Below, in pieces: positions 55,501 to 64,000 of a stretch of DNA of 64,000 nt. Numbering within the stretch: the stretch's first letter is position 1; every line of letters starts with the position of its first letter. The translations under genes were made by a program, and so were the position numbers. The notes under the pieces are model-generated. The model searched no databases and was not told the DNA's origin. It saw only the letters and a list, made by a program, of their open reading frames with translations. The DNA lies in the NCBI GenBank assembly GCA_965238135.1, contig OZ250177.1:541744-605743 (forward strand). The letters are read 5' to 3'. Origin of the DNA: Candidatus Multivorans sp. (GTDB lineage: Bacteria; Acidobacteriota; Thermoanaerobaculia; Multivoradales; Multivoraceae).

Positions 55501-55713
55501 GAGGGCCTGCTCGACCGGCCGCGTGATCAGGGTCTCCATCTCCTCGGGCGCCACGCCCTCGTAGGTGGTGGTGACCGAGATCCGGGGCATGTCGACCTCG
55601 GGCATCAGGTCGACGGCGAGTTGGCGAGCGGCGACCAGGCCCAGCACGGCGATGCAGACGTAGAGCATGCCGACGCCGACCGGACGGTTGGCGGAGAGAC
55701 GGGGGAGGTTCAT
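52561..55713 (-). CDS. RND-family efflux transporter permease (AcrB/CzcA-like, 12 TM)
   Basis: 1,050 aa. N-terminal MNLPRLSANRPVGVGMLYVCIAVLG; duplicated 6-TM + periplasmic loop structure; conserved RND motifs. Confidence 0.92.
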   Translation of the reverse strand: MNLPRLSANRPVGVGMLYVCIAVLGLVAARQLAVDLMPEVDMPRISVTTTYEGVAPEEMETLITRPVEQALATVTGLDQLSSMSAEGMSSIQAQFDWGVDLNEVVNDIREQLDFVRGTLPEDASAPTLFKFNLSDMPVVFLGLSGAGDARQIRHLAEETISRRLERLQGVAAVDIQGGRVREIQVQLAADRMAALGITPSEVTMALSRENRNVSAGDMLETGREVLIRTIGEFERKVDVENTIVAIRDGRPILVRDVGRVEDGIRELTNELWINGAPGMRMFVQKQSGSNTVEVVDRLKREIDAINRDYAGRAEISILMDSAAFIRQAVNNVQVGAMFGATLAVLVLFFFLRDLRATLIVGAAIPISVLATIALMYFNGFTLNVISLAGIALGIGMLVDGSIVVLESIYRRLHEGERPTAAAIAGSNEVAMAIAAGTLTTVAVFLPVVFISGFAGIFFNQLAITVSFSLLCALFVALTLIPAAAARWLRKVPASRRTDDERVAALGPVDLAYGRMIKWALGRPGLVLATAVVLLFGSFTLVPVIGLELMPESDEGRLNMQVEMPVGSPLDVTTSTMAEIEARVRGAVQPEELDNLLTTAGPESWWRPAQSNQGTMEILLTPITERSRGQDEIVASIRRAIADVPAADIELYASSSNMMMRMMRGGQDARLVVEIRGHDLDQGNELAQRVVDAMATVPGVVHPRLDREAGQLERTLRVDRARLAELGLNGSQVADAVEHYILGRVATRFRDQGDEFDIRVQLQPEDRLRLEQLPQLPIVTPYGDVVRLGSIVSIEPGEGPLSINRENQQRIMQVLAGIDGRRFSDVANDVEAALARVETPYGFTIDMGGELEEQRQVFLELVIGVLLAVFLVYTVMAVQFESLVQPLVIMTAVPFSLLGVLLTLAITGTTLNMNSFLGLVVLVGIVVNNAIVLVDNVNRMRREVGCTLHEALIRGSRRRLRPILMTTLTTALGLLPLTLGIGEGAELQAPLARVVVGGLLASTLITLIFVPSLYLLVERGRERRRAMRARRKASRSAGLNIPHGAPALRGS

Positions 55714-55723
55714 CTGCTAGTCC

Positions 55724-57118
55724 TCAAGGCCCGGCAGCGCCGGCGGGGGAGGCTCCGCCCGGCGCCTCGTTCGCGTTGACCACCCGTACCGGAGCGCCGT
55801 TGCCGAGCTGCGCGTGTCCCAGCGTCAGCACCAGGTCGCCGGCCTCGAGGCGACCGTCCACCGCGCTGAACTCGCCGGAGCGCCCCGCGACGGTAACGGC
55901 CCGCCACTCGGCCAGGCCGTCGACCGGCACCAGGACGCCGACCGAGCGGGCGCCATCCATTGCCACCCGCTCGAGCAGGGCGGCGCCGGGGATGATCAGC
56001 GCGTCGTCCAGGTCGCGCAGGCTGACGGAAACATCCGCGTACATGCCGGGCCGCAGTAGTTCGTCGGTGTCCGCGAGTTCGCCCTCGACCAGGACGGTGC
56101 GATCGTTGCGGCGAACCTCGCCGGCTACCCGCCGCACGAATCCAGAGAAGATCTGCTCGCCCGTGGCCTCGGTCGAGACGTCGAAGGCCGCGCCGGCCTG
56201 AACAGCGGCCAGATCGCGTTCGGGCACCCGGAACTGGACCATCAGCGGCGCCTCCTCGACCAGGCGGAGGATCGGGGTTCCTGGCTGCACCAAGGCGCCC
56301 CGGTCGAGGTAGCGGTCGGCGACCACGGCGTTGAACGGGGCGCGCACGCGGGTGTTGGCGAGCTGCTCCGCGAGCTGCGCCTCGCGCGCCGCGGACTGCC
56401 GGACCTGGGCTTCGGCGGCGGCCAGGTTCGCCTTCGCCGTCCCGTACTTGGAAGTGACCTGCTGCTGTTCCTGCTCCGAGAGCAGGCTCTGGTCGTAGAG
56501 CTCCATCGCCCGTTGGTAGTCCGCCTCGACGCCGATCAGCTCGGCAGCCGCGCGGTCGCGGTTCGCCTGGGCGACGCCAAGCTGACCGCTGGCCTCCTGG
56601 AACTGACTCTTCAGGTCGATGTCCTCGATCACGGCGAGCACGGAGCCGGCCGCTACCCGCTGGCCGATTCGGGTGGGCATTTCGACCAGCAGACCCGAGA
56701 CCTGGGGCGAGATGTCGGCGACCTCGCCGACCAGTTCGCCGGAGTAGGCGGTGCGCACCGAGAGGTGTCCCCGGCGGGCGGCCTCGGCGCGCACCGGCAC
56801 CGCCTGGGCCAGCGCGGCGTCGGCGCCGGACAACGCCGACCCGGACTGCGGCGAACGGCCCAGGGCGATGACGGCAGCCGCGGCCAGAACCACTGTTCCG
56901 GCCACGCCAACGGCGACCCAGGGGCCGCTGATACGGCGCCGGGGCCTTGCGGGGGGGCGGGCGCCGGCCGGGACAAAGCCGCCCGCGGCGGGGTCGAAGC
57001 GCTCGGCGCCGCCGGCGTGCCCCGACTGACGGGGCGCGTTGGCTGTCGGTCCAGCGGCTGCTCGGGAGCGGGGCGGCACGGGGCCGGTTCCAGCTCCTCC
57101 GGGTCTGACTATCGCCAT
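55724..57118 (-). CDS. RND efflux periplasmic adaptor (membrane fusion protein, HlyD family)
   Basis: N-terminal TM anchor WVAVGVAGTVVLAAAAVIAL, coiled-coil region, biotinyl/lipoyl-like and beta-barrel segments (VTVAGRSGEFSAVDGRLEAGDLVL...). Confidence 0.85.
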   Translation of the reverse strand: MAIVRPGGAGTGPVPPRSRAAAGPTANAPRQSGHAGGAERFDPAAGGFVPAGARPPARPRRRISGPWVAVGVAGTVVLAAAAVIALGRSPQSGSALSGADAALAQAVPVRAEAARRGHLSVRTAYSGELVGEVADISPQVSGLLVEMPTRIGQRVAAGSVLAVIEDIDLKSQFQEASGQLGVAQANRDRAAAELIGVEADYQRAMELYDQSLLSEQEQQQVTSKYGTAKANLAAAEAQVRQSAAREAQLAEQLANTRVRAPFNAVVADRYLDRGALVQPGTPILRLVEEAPLMVQFRVPERDLAAVQAGAAFDVSTEATGEQIFSGFVRRVAGEVRRNDRTVLVEGELADTDELLRPGMYADVSVSLRDLDDALIIPGAALLERVAMDGARSVGVLVPVDGLAEWRAVTVAGRSGEFSAVDGRLEAGDLVLTLGHAQLGNGAPVRVVNANEAPGGASPAGAAGP

Positions 57119-57176
57119 GGTTGTCGTTCTCTCTGGTTGGTTGTGCTGCCGTTCGGATCGTCTACGCGGTTCCAGG

Positions 57177-57704
57177 TCAGGAGTTGCCGTCGCCGTCCTC
57201 CATCGCGGCGAGCACGGAGTGGAGGCTGTCGGCGAGGATGGCGTAGAAGCGGACGAAGCCGTCCAGGCGGTTAACGACGACGCTGCCGCCGCCGCCGGGA
57301 AGGAGCGCCTGCTTCATCTCTTCGGCCATGGCCTGCCGGTCGCGGAAGCGGTCCGCGACCCGTTGCAGCAGGCCGGGCTGCTCGTTGATCTGGAAGTAGT
57401 CGCGGCGGTCGCCCGGGCGAGTGACCCGTTCGATGACGCCCATGTTCTCCAGCAGACGGGTGTTCGTGCTGATGCTGCCGCGGCTCACGCGCAGGCGCTC
57501 GGCCAGGCGGTCGAAGCGAAGTGGCTGCGGCGACAGGATGAGCAGGCCGACCAGGCGGCCCGCGATGCGGGGTAGACGGTCCTCTTCGAGCGCCAGGCCC
57601 ATGCCCTCGATGAAGCGTTCCTCCGCGGCGTCGGGGCTGAAGTCGGCCGCGGCGGAGGGCTCGGCGGATCGATCCAGAACGGAAACTGGCTCGGAGACAG
57701 TCAT
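57177..57704 (-). CDS. MarR-family transcriptional regulator (first gene of the efflux operon)
   Basis: Winged-helix segment RFDRLAERLRVSRGSISTNTRLLENMGVIERVTRPGDRRDYFQI. Confidence 0.8.
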   Translation of the reverse strand: MTVSEPVSVLDRSAEPSAAADFSPDAAEERFIEGMGLALEEDRLPRIAGRLVGLLILSPQPLRFDRLAERLRVSRGSISTNTRLLENMGVIERVTRPGDRRDYFQINEQPGLLQRVADRFRDRQAMAEEMKQALLPGGGGSVVVNRLDGFVRFYAILADSLHSVLAAMEDGDGNS

Positions 57705-57881
57705 GAGTCAGAGATGTTGGAACATCCGGTTTGTTTTGTCAACACTGAACAAGATGAACGGCATGAACAGGCTGGTCCTTGCAGAGAGCCGGTGCCGGTC
57801 CTAGGAGCTTGCGCGGCAGAGACTGGGTGGGCCGGCGTCCCCGCCGGCCTCCGGGAGTTCTGCCGCGCTAGGCTCGCGGCG

Positions 57882-58274
57882 ATGCAGTCCTCAAGGCGTC
57901 GCCCGAGCCCCGGGCTCCTGCCGCTGGTCATGGGCCTGGTCATGCTGGTCTTCGCCCTGCTGCAGCTCAACGACCCGGACCCCCTGGTCTGGGTCGCCTA
58001 CTACGCGGCGGTAGCCTGCGCCTGTACGGTCGCCGCCTACCGGCCGCTGCCCACGGTCGCGTTCCTGGGCTTGGCCGCGGTGACCTTGGCAGGCGCTGTG
58101 CTCACCCTGCCGGGCTTTGCCGACTGGGTGCTGAACCGCCCGACCAGCGATCTATGGGCACCGATGTCGGCCGACCGGATGTACATCGAGCACAGCCGGG
58201 AACTTCTGGGTCTGGCGATCGCCGGCGCCTTCCTGGTAACCGCGCACCGGCTCTCGCATCGGCGGCGACGCTAG
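57882..58274 (+). CDS. Small integral membrane protein (hypothetical)
   Basis: 130 aa, 3-4 hydrophobic helices (LLPLVMGLVMLVFALLQL, LVWVAYYAAVACACTVAAY, VAFLGLAAVTLAGAVLTL). Confidence 0.5.
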   Translation: MQSSRRRPSPGLLPLVMGLVMLVFALLQLNDPDPLVWVAYYAAVACACTVAAYRPLPTVAFLGLAAVTLAGAVLTLPGFADWVLNRPTSDLWAPMSADRMYIEHSRELLGLAIAGAFLVTAHRLSHRRRR

Positions 58275-58394
58275 AGCGGTCGCCGCTCCGCGGCGCGCTG
58301 TTGCCCGCGGGTCAGAACCCGGGTGGCGCGATCCGCGCCACTCGTGAACCAGTCCGTGCGCCCGTCATCGGGCGCACGGATGGCAGACCCGCGG

Positions 58395-59699
58395 TTACGG
58401 CTCGTTCTCCGGCGTGGCCGCGCTCATCATGAAGCCCATCATCATCTCGTCCGTCGACGGCTGGCCGAAGCGGACGGTGCGGCCGGAGTTGAAGCCGTAG
58501 CGCTGGGCCTTCTCGGCCGAGTTGTCGTACCAGGCCGTGTACTCGACCCGGGTGCCCTCGGGGATCCGTTTCAACTGGTCGTAGTAGTAGACCGTCTGCC
58601 ACGAGAAGTCGAACTGGGGCACATCCAGCAGCACCTCGGTGGTGCCGTCGGGGTAGAAGGCCTCGAAACGGGCCGCCTTGCCGCGCATGTGCATGTGCGG
58701 CATCAGGGCGATGATGTCGGTGTCTTTCCGGGCCACGGTGGAGTAGGGGCCGACCTGGTGGTTGCCGTCGTTCGGCGGAATCGCGAAGGTGAAGTTCATG
58801 ATCGGGCGGAGCCCGGAGCCCAGCGACCGGGTCACCGGCTTGTCGGCGAAGACGAAGCCGATCGACGACTGGTCCCACACGCCGGTGCCGTCGCCGGCTT
58901 CCTTGTGGTAGTGGATGTCGAAGGTCACCCGGGAACCCTTCTTGAGCAGGAAGCCGTAGCCCTCCGGATAGCGGTTGGCGTCGCTGCCGGAGGAGACGCC
59001 GCCCATGTAGTTGCCGGCGTTCTCAGGCGACGGGGCGATCTGATCCTGGTTCGGGAACTCCGGCGGCGGCGGCAGTTCGCCGTTCTCGTTTGGTTCCAGG
59101 AGATGGAGGTTGAAGTGGTGGATGATGTCGCTGTCCGGCTTGCACTGGAAGGCGACGACCCAGCGGTCCTCCGGCAGATCCTCCTCGGTGAGGACGTAGG
59201 AGAAGGCGGCGTAGAGGTCGTTGACCGTGTCCTCGACGAAGTAGGGCTCGGGCATCGTCACCACCAGGTTGGGCTCGCCCACGACCCATCCTCCAAAGCT
59301 GGGGAACTCGCGCGGGGGCGGGGCGTCGGCGGCGTTGCCGGCCGCGGCGCCGGTCGCGGCCCAGCTCACCAGGGTTTCGATCTCGGCCGTGCTGAGCACG
59401 CGCTCGTTGGCGAAGGTCCCGTCGTGTTGGGGGTGCGCGTCCCACGGCGGCATCTCGCGGGCGGCCACGGTGCGGGCGATCGATTTGGCCCAGGGCCGCA
59501 CGTCGGCGTAGCTGGTCAGCGCCATCGGCGCCCGCATGCCGCCATAGTTCGCGCCCGCCGGCCGGTGGCAGTCCTGGCAGTGCACCTGGAGCACCGGCAG
59601 CACGTCGGCGTAGAAGGTCGGCGCGTCGCGGTCGGCCGCGGCGGCCGGCCCGGCGAAAGAAGCGAAAAGGACGGCGGCGGGCAGGGCTGAGCGCTTCAT
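58395..59699 (-). CDS. Secreted cytochrome c domain fused to a copper type-II ascorbate-dependent monooxygenase-like (PHM/DBH-like) domain
   Basis: Signal peptide AAVLFASFAGPAAAA. Heme motif CQDCH. His clusters IIHHFNLHL, HYH and HMHMRG with spacing resembling the CuH (HH...H) and CuM (HxH...M) sites of PHM/DBH. Confidence 0.55.
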   Translation of the reverse strand: MKRSALPAAVLFASFAGPAAAADRDAPTFYADVLPVLQVHCQDCHRPAGANYGGMRAPMALTSYADVRPWAKSIARTVAAREMPPWDAHPQHDGTFANERVLSTAEIETLVSWAATGAAAGNAADAPPPREFPSFGGWVVGEPNLVVTMPEPYFVEDTVNDLYAAFSYVLTEEDLPEDRWVVAFQCKPDSDIIHHFNLHLLEPNENGELPPPPEFPNQDQIAPSPENAGNYMGGVSSGSDANRYPEGYGFLLKKGSRVTFDIHYHKEAGDGTGVWDQSSIGFVFADKPVTRSLGSGLRPIMNFTFAIPPNDGNHQVGPYSTVARKDTDIIALMPHMHMRGKAARFEAFYPDGTTEVLLDVPQFDFSWQTVYYYDQLKRIPEGTRVEYTAWYDNSAEKAQRYGFNSGRTVRFGQPSTDEMMMGFMMSAATPENEP

Positions 59700-59725
59700 G
59701 GCGTCAGCGTAGCAGCGGTCGCTGT

Positions 59726-62700
59726 TCAGGCGGTCGCCAACTGCTGCTCCGGGTGCATCTCGTCGACATCGACGCCGACGATCTTCGACACGCCCTGTTC
59801 CTCCATCGTGACGCCGTAGAGCGTGCTCGCGGCCTGCATCGTCAGCTTGTTGTGGGTGATGACGAGGAACTGGGTGTCCGCCGACATCCGCTTCAGCATG
59901 TCGACGAAGCGCAGGATGTTCGCGTCGTCGAGCGGCGCGTCGACTTCGTCGAGGATGCAGAAGGGCGAAGGCTTGGTCTGGAACAGGGCGAACAGCAGAG
60001 CGATCGCGGCCAGCGCCTTCTCGCCGCCCGACAGCAGCATGATGTTCTGCGCCCGTTTGCCGGGTGGCCTGGCGGTGATCTCGATGCCGCAGTCCAGCGG
60101 GTCGTCCTCGTCCATCAGGCGCATCTCCGCTTGGCCGCCGCGGAACAGCTCCGTGAAGATGTGGCCGAAGCTCTCGTTGACCTCGCGGAAGGTGGTAACG
60201 AAGCGCTCGGAAGAGGTCTTGTCGATGTCGCGGATCGTGCGCTTCAGACTCTCGATGGACTCGGTGACGTCGTTGCGCTGTGCGGTCAGGAATTCGTGAC
60301 GCTCCTGGTGCTCGTCGTATTCGTCGGCGGCGAGAACGTTGACCGGCCCCATCCGCTCCAGCAGAGCGCGCCGGCGTTCCAGTTCCCCGGTCATCGCTTC
60401 CAGGTCGGGCGCCTCGTCGGCCCCGGCTGCCCGGAACTCCTGCCCGACCAGCTCGCGCCCGAACTCCTGGTTGTAGTCCTGGCCCAGATGCTCCGACTCC
60501 TGTTGCAGGCCGGCCTGGCGCACGCGCAGTTCCTCGATCCGGCCGCGCAGTTCGTCGCGGCGCACGTTGAGTTCCCGGAGTTGCGCCTCGAGCGTCCGGC
60601 CCCGTTCCCGTTCGTCGTCGAGGGCGCGCTGGGCGCCGGCGGCTTCGTCCTGGGCATTCGTGCGCTCGGCGAGCGCCTCGTCCAGCTCGCGCCGGGCGGT
60701 AGCCGTGGCCGCTTCATGCTCGCTGATCCGCCCGCGCAGCCGGTCCGTTTCGGCGGCCCAGGCTGCGTCGGCCTCCCGCAGCGAGGCGATCTGGCCTTCG
60801 ACGCGCTCCCGCTCGCTCCGTTCCGAGGCCGCGCGTTCTTCGATCAGGTCGAGTTGCCCCTGGAGCCCGGCGCCCGCGGTGATGCGCTCTTCGCGCTCCT
60901 CGCGGGCGCGCTCGACCGCGGCGCTCGCGTCGTCGGCGGCCTGTTCCAGGGTCGCAAGCCGGGTCTCGGAGTCCGCGATGTCCGTCTCGACCTTGGACCG
61001 CCTTGCCCCTCTCGTCTTGATTTCGCTCTCCAGCTCGTCGTGCTCTGACTGCGCCGTTCTGTGCTCGTGATGCAGAGCGGCACGTCGCTCGCCGATGTCC
61101 TGGAGACGGGCCTTGGCCACCGCCAGTTGCTGGCGAAGTTCCGCGGCTGCCCGCTCCAGACGCTGGCCCTCGGCGGCGGCCTGGCGAACACGCTCGCCGG
61201 CCGCTTCGATCTCCTTGGTGAGGGCCGCACGCTGTTGTTCCAGTTCGGCGATAGAGCGCTCCAGCTCGTCCATCTCGCGCTGGCGGCCCAGGGCGCCCAG
61301 CGCCGCCTCTTCGCCGCGTACCGTGACGCGGCCGGCCTCGATCCAGAGACGGTCCCGGCACAGGAAGGCCACGCCTGGATGGTCGGGCGCCAGACGCTCG
61401 GCATCCTCCGGACTCTCGACCAGGTAGGCGGGAGGAAGGGCGCTGCGAGCTTCCTCGGGGAGCCCGAGCGCCGCGGCGAGGTCGCCGACGATTGCCGGAT
61501 CTTCGACCACCGGCAGCAGCTTCGCGCCCTTGCCGGCGCGCAGCAGAGTGGCCTCGAAGTCGGAACCGCCGATGGAGCGGGCGATGGCCAGGGCGTCTTC
61601 GTCGTCCGGTGTCATGACGGCGTTGCGCAGCGGGCCGAGGAACAGATCGAGGCTGTGCTCCCAGCCCTCGGGCACCGTCACTTCATCGCCCAGGAAGCGC
61701 GGCGCCGGAAGACCCAGTTCGAGCAGAGCCTGGCGAATCTCGCCCCTTTCTTCGGCGTCGCGCTGGCCCAGTTCACCGAGCACGGCAGCCCTCTTCTGCG
61801 CCTCGACCAGCTCCTCGCGACAGGTTTCGAGTTCGACTTGGGCCTCCTGTCGCCGACTTCGGCTCGCTTCGAGATCGGCCGCCACCCGTTGGGCGGTCCT
61901 GGTCTCGGCGGTCAGGGCGACTTCCAGGGATTCGATCTTGGTTCGGACCGCCTCGACTTCGACATCGATGGCCTTGAGGGCATCCCGGCTGCGGTCGAGG
62001 ATCTCTTCGGCGCGGTCGCGGCGGTCGACGGCCTTCTCGCTGCCGATGCGCTCGGCGACTAGGCGGCTGCGCAGCTCGCCCTGCCGCGCCCGGCAGGTGG
62101 CGAGCTCGCCAAGGAGCAGGCGCTGCCGCTTGCGGGCTTCCGCAATCGCGGCGTCGGCGTTGCCGATGCGCCGACGGTCCTCCTGCACGTCGGCCAGGGC
62201 CTGCTCGCGCTTGGATTGGAGCATCTGGCGCCGGCCGAGGAGACTGGCAAGCCGCTCTTCGGCCGCGGCGAGGTCGCGGCGGCGCCGCTCAGCGCTCACG
62301 CCGCCGGATTCGAGCCGCCCGGCGATCTCCGCGAGGGTGGTGCGGGCGCCCTTGATCAGTTCCTGGCGGCCCTCGATCACGGCGAGCAGATTCGCCTGGT
62401 GCTCGTGGGAGCGCACGGCGTCCTCGGTGCGGGCGTCGATCACCTGCCGGCAGGCGGCGAGCTGCGCATTGGCGCGCGCGAGTTCGGCCAGTAGATCGGC
62501 TTCGCGGTCGGTGTCCTGCTTCAGGGTCGAGGCCAGATCGTCCAGGTCTGCATGGAGCAGGACCCAGCGCTCCTTGAGCACGGCGTCGAACAGCTCGCGG
62601 TAGGCCTGCCGGCGTTCCCCGTAGCGGCGGGCGGCGTTCGCCTGCCGCTTCAGGGAGCGCAGCCGGCGCTCCACCTCGGCGATGATGTCGTCCAGACGAA

Positions 62701-63268
62701 GCAGGTCGGCGGTCGCGTCCTCGAGCTTCAGCATGGCGAGCCGCTTACGGTTCTTGTAGCGGGTGATGCCTGCCGCCTCTTCGATCAGCTTGCGACGGTC
62801 CTGGGGCTTGCCGGACAGGATCATTCCGATCCGCCCCTGCTCGATCACGGAGTAGGCGCGGATACCAAGACCCGTGTCCATCAGGATGTCGCGAACGTCC
62901 TTGAGCCGGACAACCCGGTCGTTCAACCGGTACTGGCCCTCGCCGCCGCGGAAGAAGCGGCGCCCGATCGTGATCCGGCCGTCCTCGGCCTGCTCGATGC
63001 TGCCGTCGGTGAGAAAGGAGAGGCTGACCTCGGCGAGCCCTGAGGGCTTGCGCTGGTGGGTGCCGTTGAAGATGACCTCCTCCATGGAGCTGCCGCGGAG
63101 CGACTTGGCGCTCTGCTCGCCCAGCACCCAGGTGATCGCCTCGGCCAGGTTGCTCTTGCCGCAGCCGTTCGGCCCGACGATCGCCGTGATTCCGGGCGCG
63201 AAGTGACTCACAACCGGCTCCACGAAGGTCTTGAAGCCGTTAACCTCGAGGCGTTCCAGTTTGAGCAT
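59726..63268 (-). CDS. smc: Chromosome segregation protein SMC
   Basis: N-terminal Walker A AIVGPNGCGKSNLAEAI, long coiled coils, hinge, C-terminal signature LSGGEKALAAIALLFA and Walker B ILDEVDAPLD. 1,180 aa. Confidence 0.95.
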   Translation of the reverse strand: MLKLERLEVNGFKTFVEPVVSHFAPGITAIVGPNGCGKSNLAEAITWVLGEQSAKSLRGSSMEEVIFNGTHQRKPSGLAEVSLSFLTDGSIEQAEDGRITIGRRFFRGGEGQYRLNDRVVRLKDVRDILMDTGLGIRAYSVIEQGRIGMILSGKPQDRRKLIEEAAGITRYKNRKRLAMLKLEDATADLLRLDDIIAEVERRLRSLKRQANAARRYGERRQAYRELFDAVLKERWVLLHADLDDLASTLKQDTDREADLLAELARANAQLAACRQVIDARTEDAVRSHEHQANLLAVIEGRQELIKGARTTLAEIAGRLESGGVSAERRRRDLAAAEERLASLLGRRQMLQSKREQALADVQEDRRRIGNADAAIAEARKRQRLLLGELATCRARQGELRSRLVAERIGSEKAVDRRDRAEEILDRSRDALKAIDVEVEAVRTKIESLEVALTAETRTAQRVAADLEASRSRRQEAQVELETCREELVEAQKRAAVLGELGQRDAEERGEIRQALLELGLPAPRFLGDEVTVPEGWEHSLDLFLGPLRNAVMTPDDEDALAIARSIGGSDFEATLLRAGKGAKLLPVVEDPAIVGDLAAALGLPEEARSALPPAYLVESPEDAERLAPDHPGVAFLCRDRLWIEAGRVTVRGEEAALGALGRQREMDELERSIAELEQQRAALTKEIEAAGERVRQAAAEGQRLERAAAELRQQLAVAKARLQDIGERRAALHHEHRTAQSEHDELESEIKTRGARRSKVETDIADSETRLATLEQAADDASAAVERAREEREERITAGAGLQGQLDLIEERAASERSERERVEGQIASLREADAAWAAETDRLRGRISEHEAATATARRELDEALAERTNAQDEAAGAQRALDDERERGRTLEAQLRELNVRRDELRGRIEELRVRQAGLQQESEHLGQDYNQEFGRELVGQEFRAAGADEAPDLEAMTGELERRRALLERMGPVNVLAADEYDEHQERHEFLTAQRNDVTESIESLKRTIRDIDKTSSERFVTTFREVNESFGHIFTELFRGGQAEMRLMDEDDPLDCGIEITARPPGKRAQNIMLLSGGEKALAAIALLFALFQTKPSPFCILDEVDAPLDDANILRFVDMLKRMSADTQFLVITHNKLTMQAASTLYGVTMEEQGVSKIVGVDVDEMHPEQQLATA

Positions 63269-63453
63269 GGCGTGGTTGTTTCAGGAGTGGCCGCGGTCGT
63301 TTCAGTATGAGGCACGGTCGGCAGCGAAGGGGATCGACTGCCATGGAGGAACTTAGCAGCTTTCGCGCATAGGTCACAACTCGTTGTGCCTGTCCGGGCC
63401 TGGGTCCACAACATGTAGCAGTGACGCCGGCCGGCTGATACGCTGCCGCGCCA

Positions 63454-64000
63454 GTGGCCACCCTGACCGTCAAGAGGACGCTGTTCGACGCCCGCCAGAT
63501 GGCGCGCATGATGCGCCGGATGGCAGCCGAACTCGTCGAGCGCGCCGGGGGCACGGAGGCGCTGATGCTGGTCGGCGTGCGCACCCGCGGCGTTCCGCTG
63601 GCGGATTTCGTCGCTGCCGAGATCGTCCGCACCGAGGGTGTCGACGTGCCGGTCGGCGTGCTGGACATCACGCTCTACCGCGACGACCTGTCGACGATCG
63701 CGCCGCAACCGGTGGTCAAGGAGAGCGTGCTGCCGGTGTCGCTCGACGACAAGATCGTCGTACTCTGCGACGACGTGCTCTACAGTGGCCGGACGATCCG
63801 CGCGGCGATGGACGCGTTGATGGACTATGGCCGGCCGCTGGCGATCCGGCTCGCCGTGCTGATCGACCGCGGTCACCGCGAGTTGCCGATTCACGCCGAC
63901 TGTGTCGGTGAGAACGTCCAGACGACGGACACCGAAGTGATCAAGGTCTCCTACGCCGCGACCGACGACGGCAAGGAGATGGTCCAGCTTCTCGAGCGCG
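63454..64000 (+). CDS. pyrR: Bifunctional pyrimidine operon regulator / uracil phosphoribosyltransferase PyrR (3' end beyond window)
   Basis: GTG start. LVGVRTRGVPLADFVAAEI...VGVLDITLYRDDLS...VVLCDDVLYSGRTIRAAMDAL closely matches PyrR conserved blocks including the PRPP-binding motif. Open to the window end. Confidence 0.85.
   Translation, partial: MATLTVKRTLFDARQMARMMRRMAAELVERAGGTEALMLVGVRTRGVPLADFVAAEIVRTEGVDVPVGVLDITLYRDDLSTIAPQPVVKESVLPVSLDDKIVVLCDDVLYSGRTIRAAMDALMDYGRPLAIRLAVLIDRGHRELPIHADCVGENVQTTDTEVIKVSYAATDDGKEMVQLLER

Noticed and set aside
63208-63911. 228-aa minus and 175-aa plus ORFs near the window end
   Set aside because: Out-of-frame or antisense relative to pyrR, whose frame matches PyrR conserved blocks exactly.

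Overview
High-GC (~68-70%) bacterial chromosomal segment. Phylum cannot be assigned from sequence alone. The DUF1800/DUF1501 pair, many PQQ quinoproteins and giant LRR/cadherin/FN3/TPR surface proteins suggest an environmental or host-associated lineage such as Planctomycetota, Gemmatimonadota, Acidobacteriota or a sponge symbiont. Content in order along the window: (1) 0-13 kb, surface/secretome genes: a 5'-truncated ASPIC/FG-GAP protein; a TPR lipoprotein; a ~1,420-aa cadherin-like/LRR/FN3 surface protein split exactly in two by an intact 1.5-kb IS4-superfamily insertion sequence with a 4-bp CTAA target duplication; a 1,474-aa secreted LTD-EEP extracellular nuclease. (2) 13-17 kb: aldo-keto reductase and a DUF1800/DUF1501 pair. 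(3) 17.4-31.4 kb, a defense island: a complete type I R-M (hsdR-hsdM-hsdS, with an internally duplicated HsdS); an ImmA/IrrE-DUF4411 pair; an orphan XRE HTH; a ComEA-like triple-HhH secreted protein with a 4-TM partner; then the most interesting locus, a four-gene tightly coupled operon TRIP13/Pch2-like AAA+ ATPase - two small unknown proteins (candidate HORMA) - SMODS/CD-NTase nucleotidyltransferase. This resembles a type III CBASS in inverted order with no canonical effector downstream; the only candidate effector is a 4-TM membrane protein encoded upstream across a divergent HTH regulator. (4) 31.5-49.3 kb, metabolism: a PQQ quinohemoprotein ADH pseudogene; an intact PQQ dehydrogenase; class-II cytochrome c; DUF1330; DUF418; an alpha/beta hydrolase; a stand-alone OLD-family ATPase-Toprim nuclease; GST; sulfotransferase; xthA; GNAT; an SDR - diheme cyt c - PQQ-ADH operon whose ADH carries a D-x-D motif suggesting lanthanide dependence. 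(5) 49.8-52.3 kb: a Uma2 endonuclease followed by a lower-GC islet carrying a second, minimal SMODS + 2TM-effector (Cap15/SLATT-like) pair whose cyclase gene is frameshifted. (6) 52.5-64 kb: a marR-MFP-RND efflux operon, a cytochrome c-copper monooxygenase-like fusion, smc, and partial pyrR. No rRNA, tRNA or CRISPR arrays were recognised.
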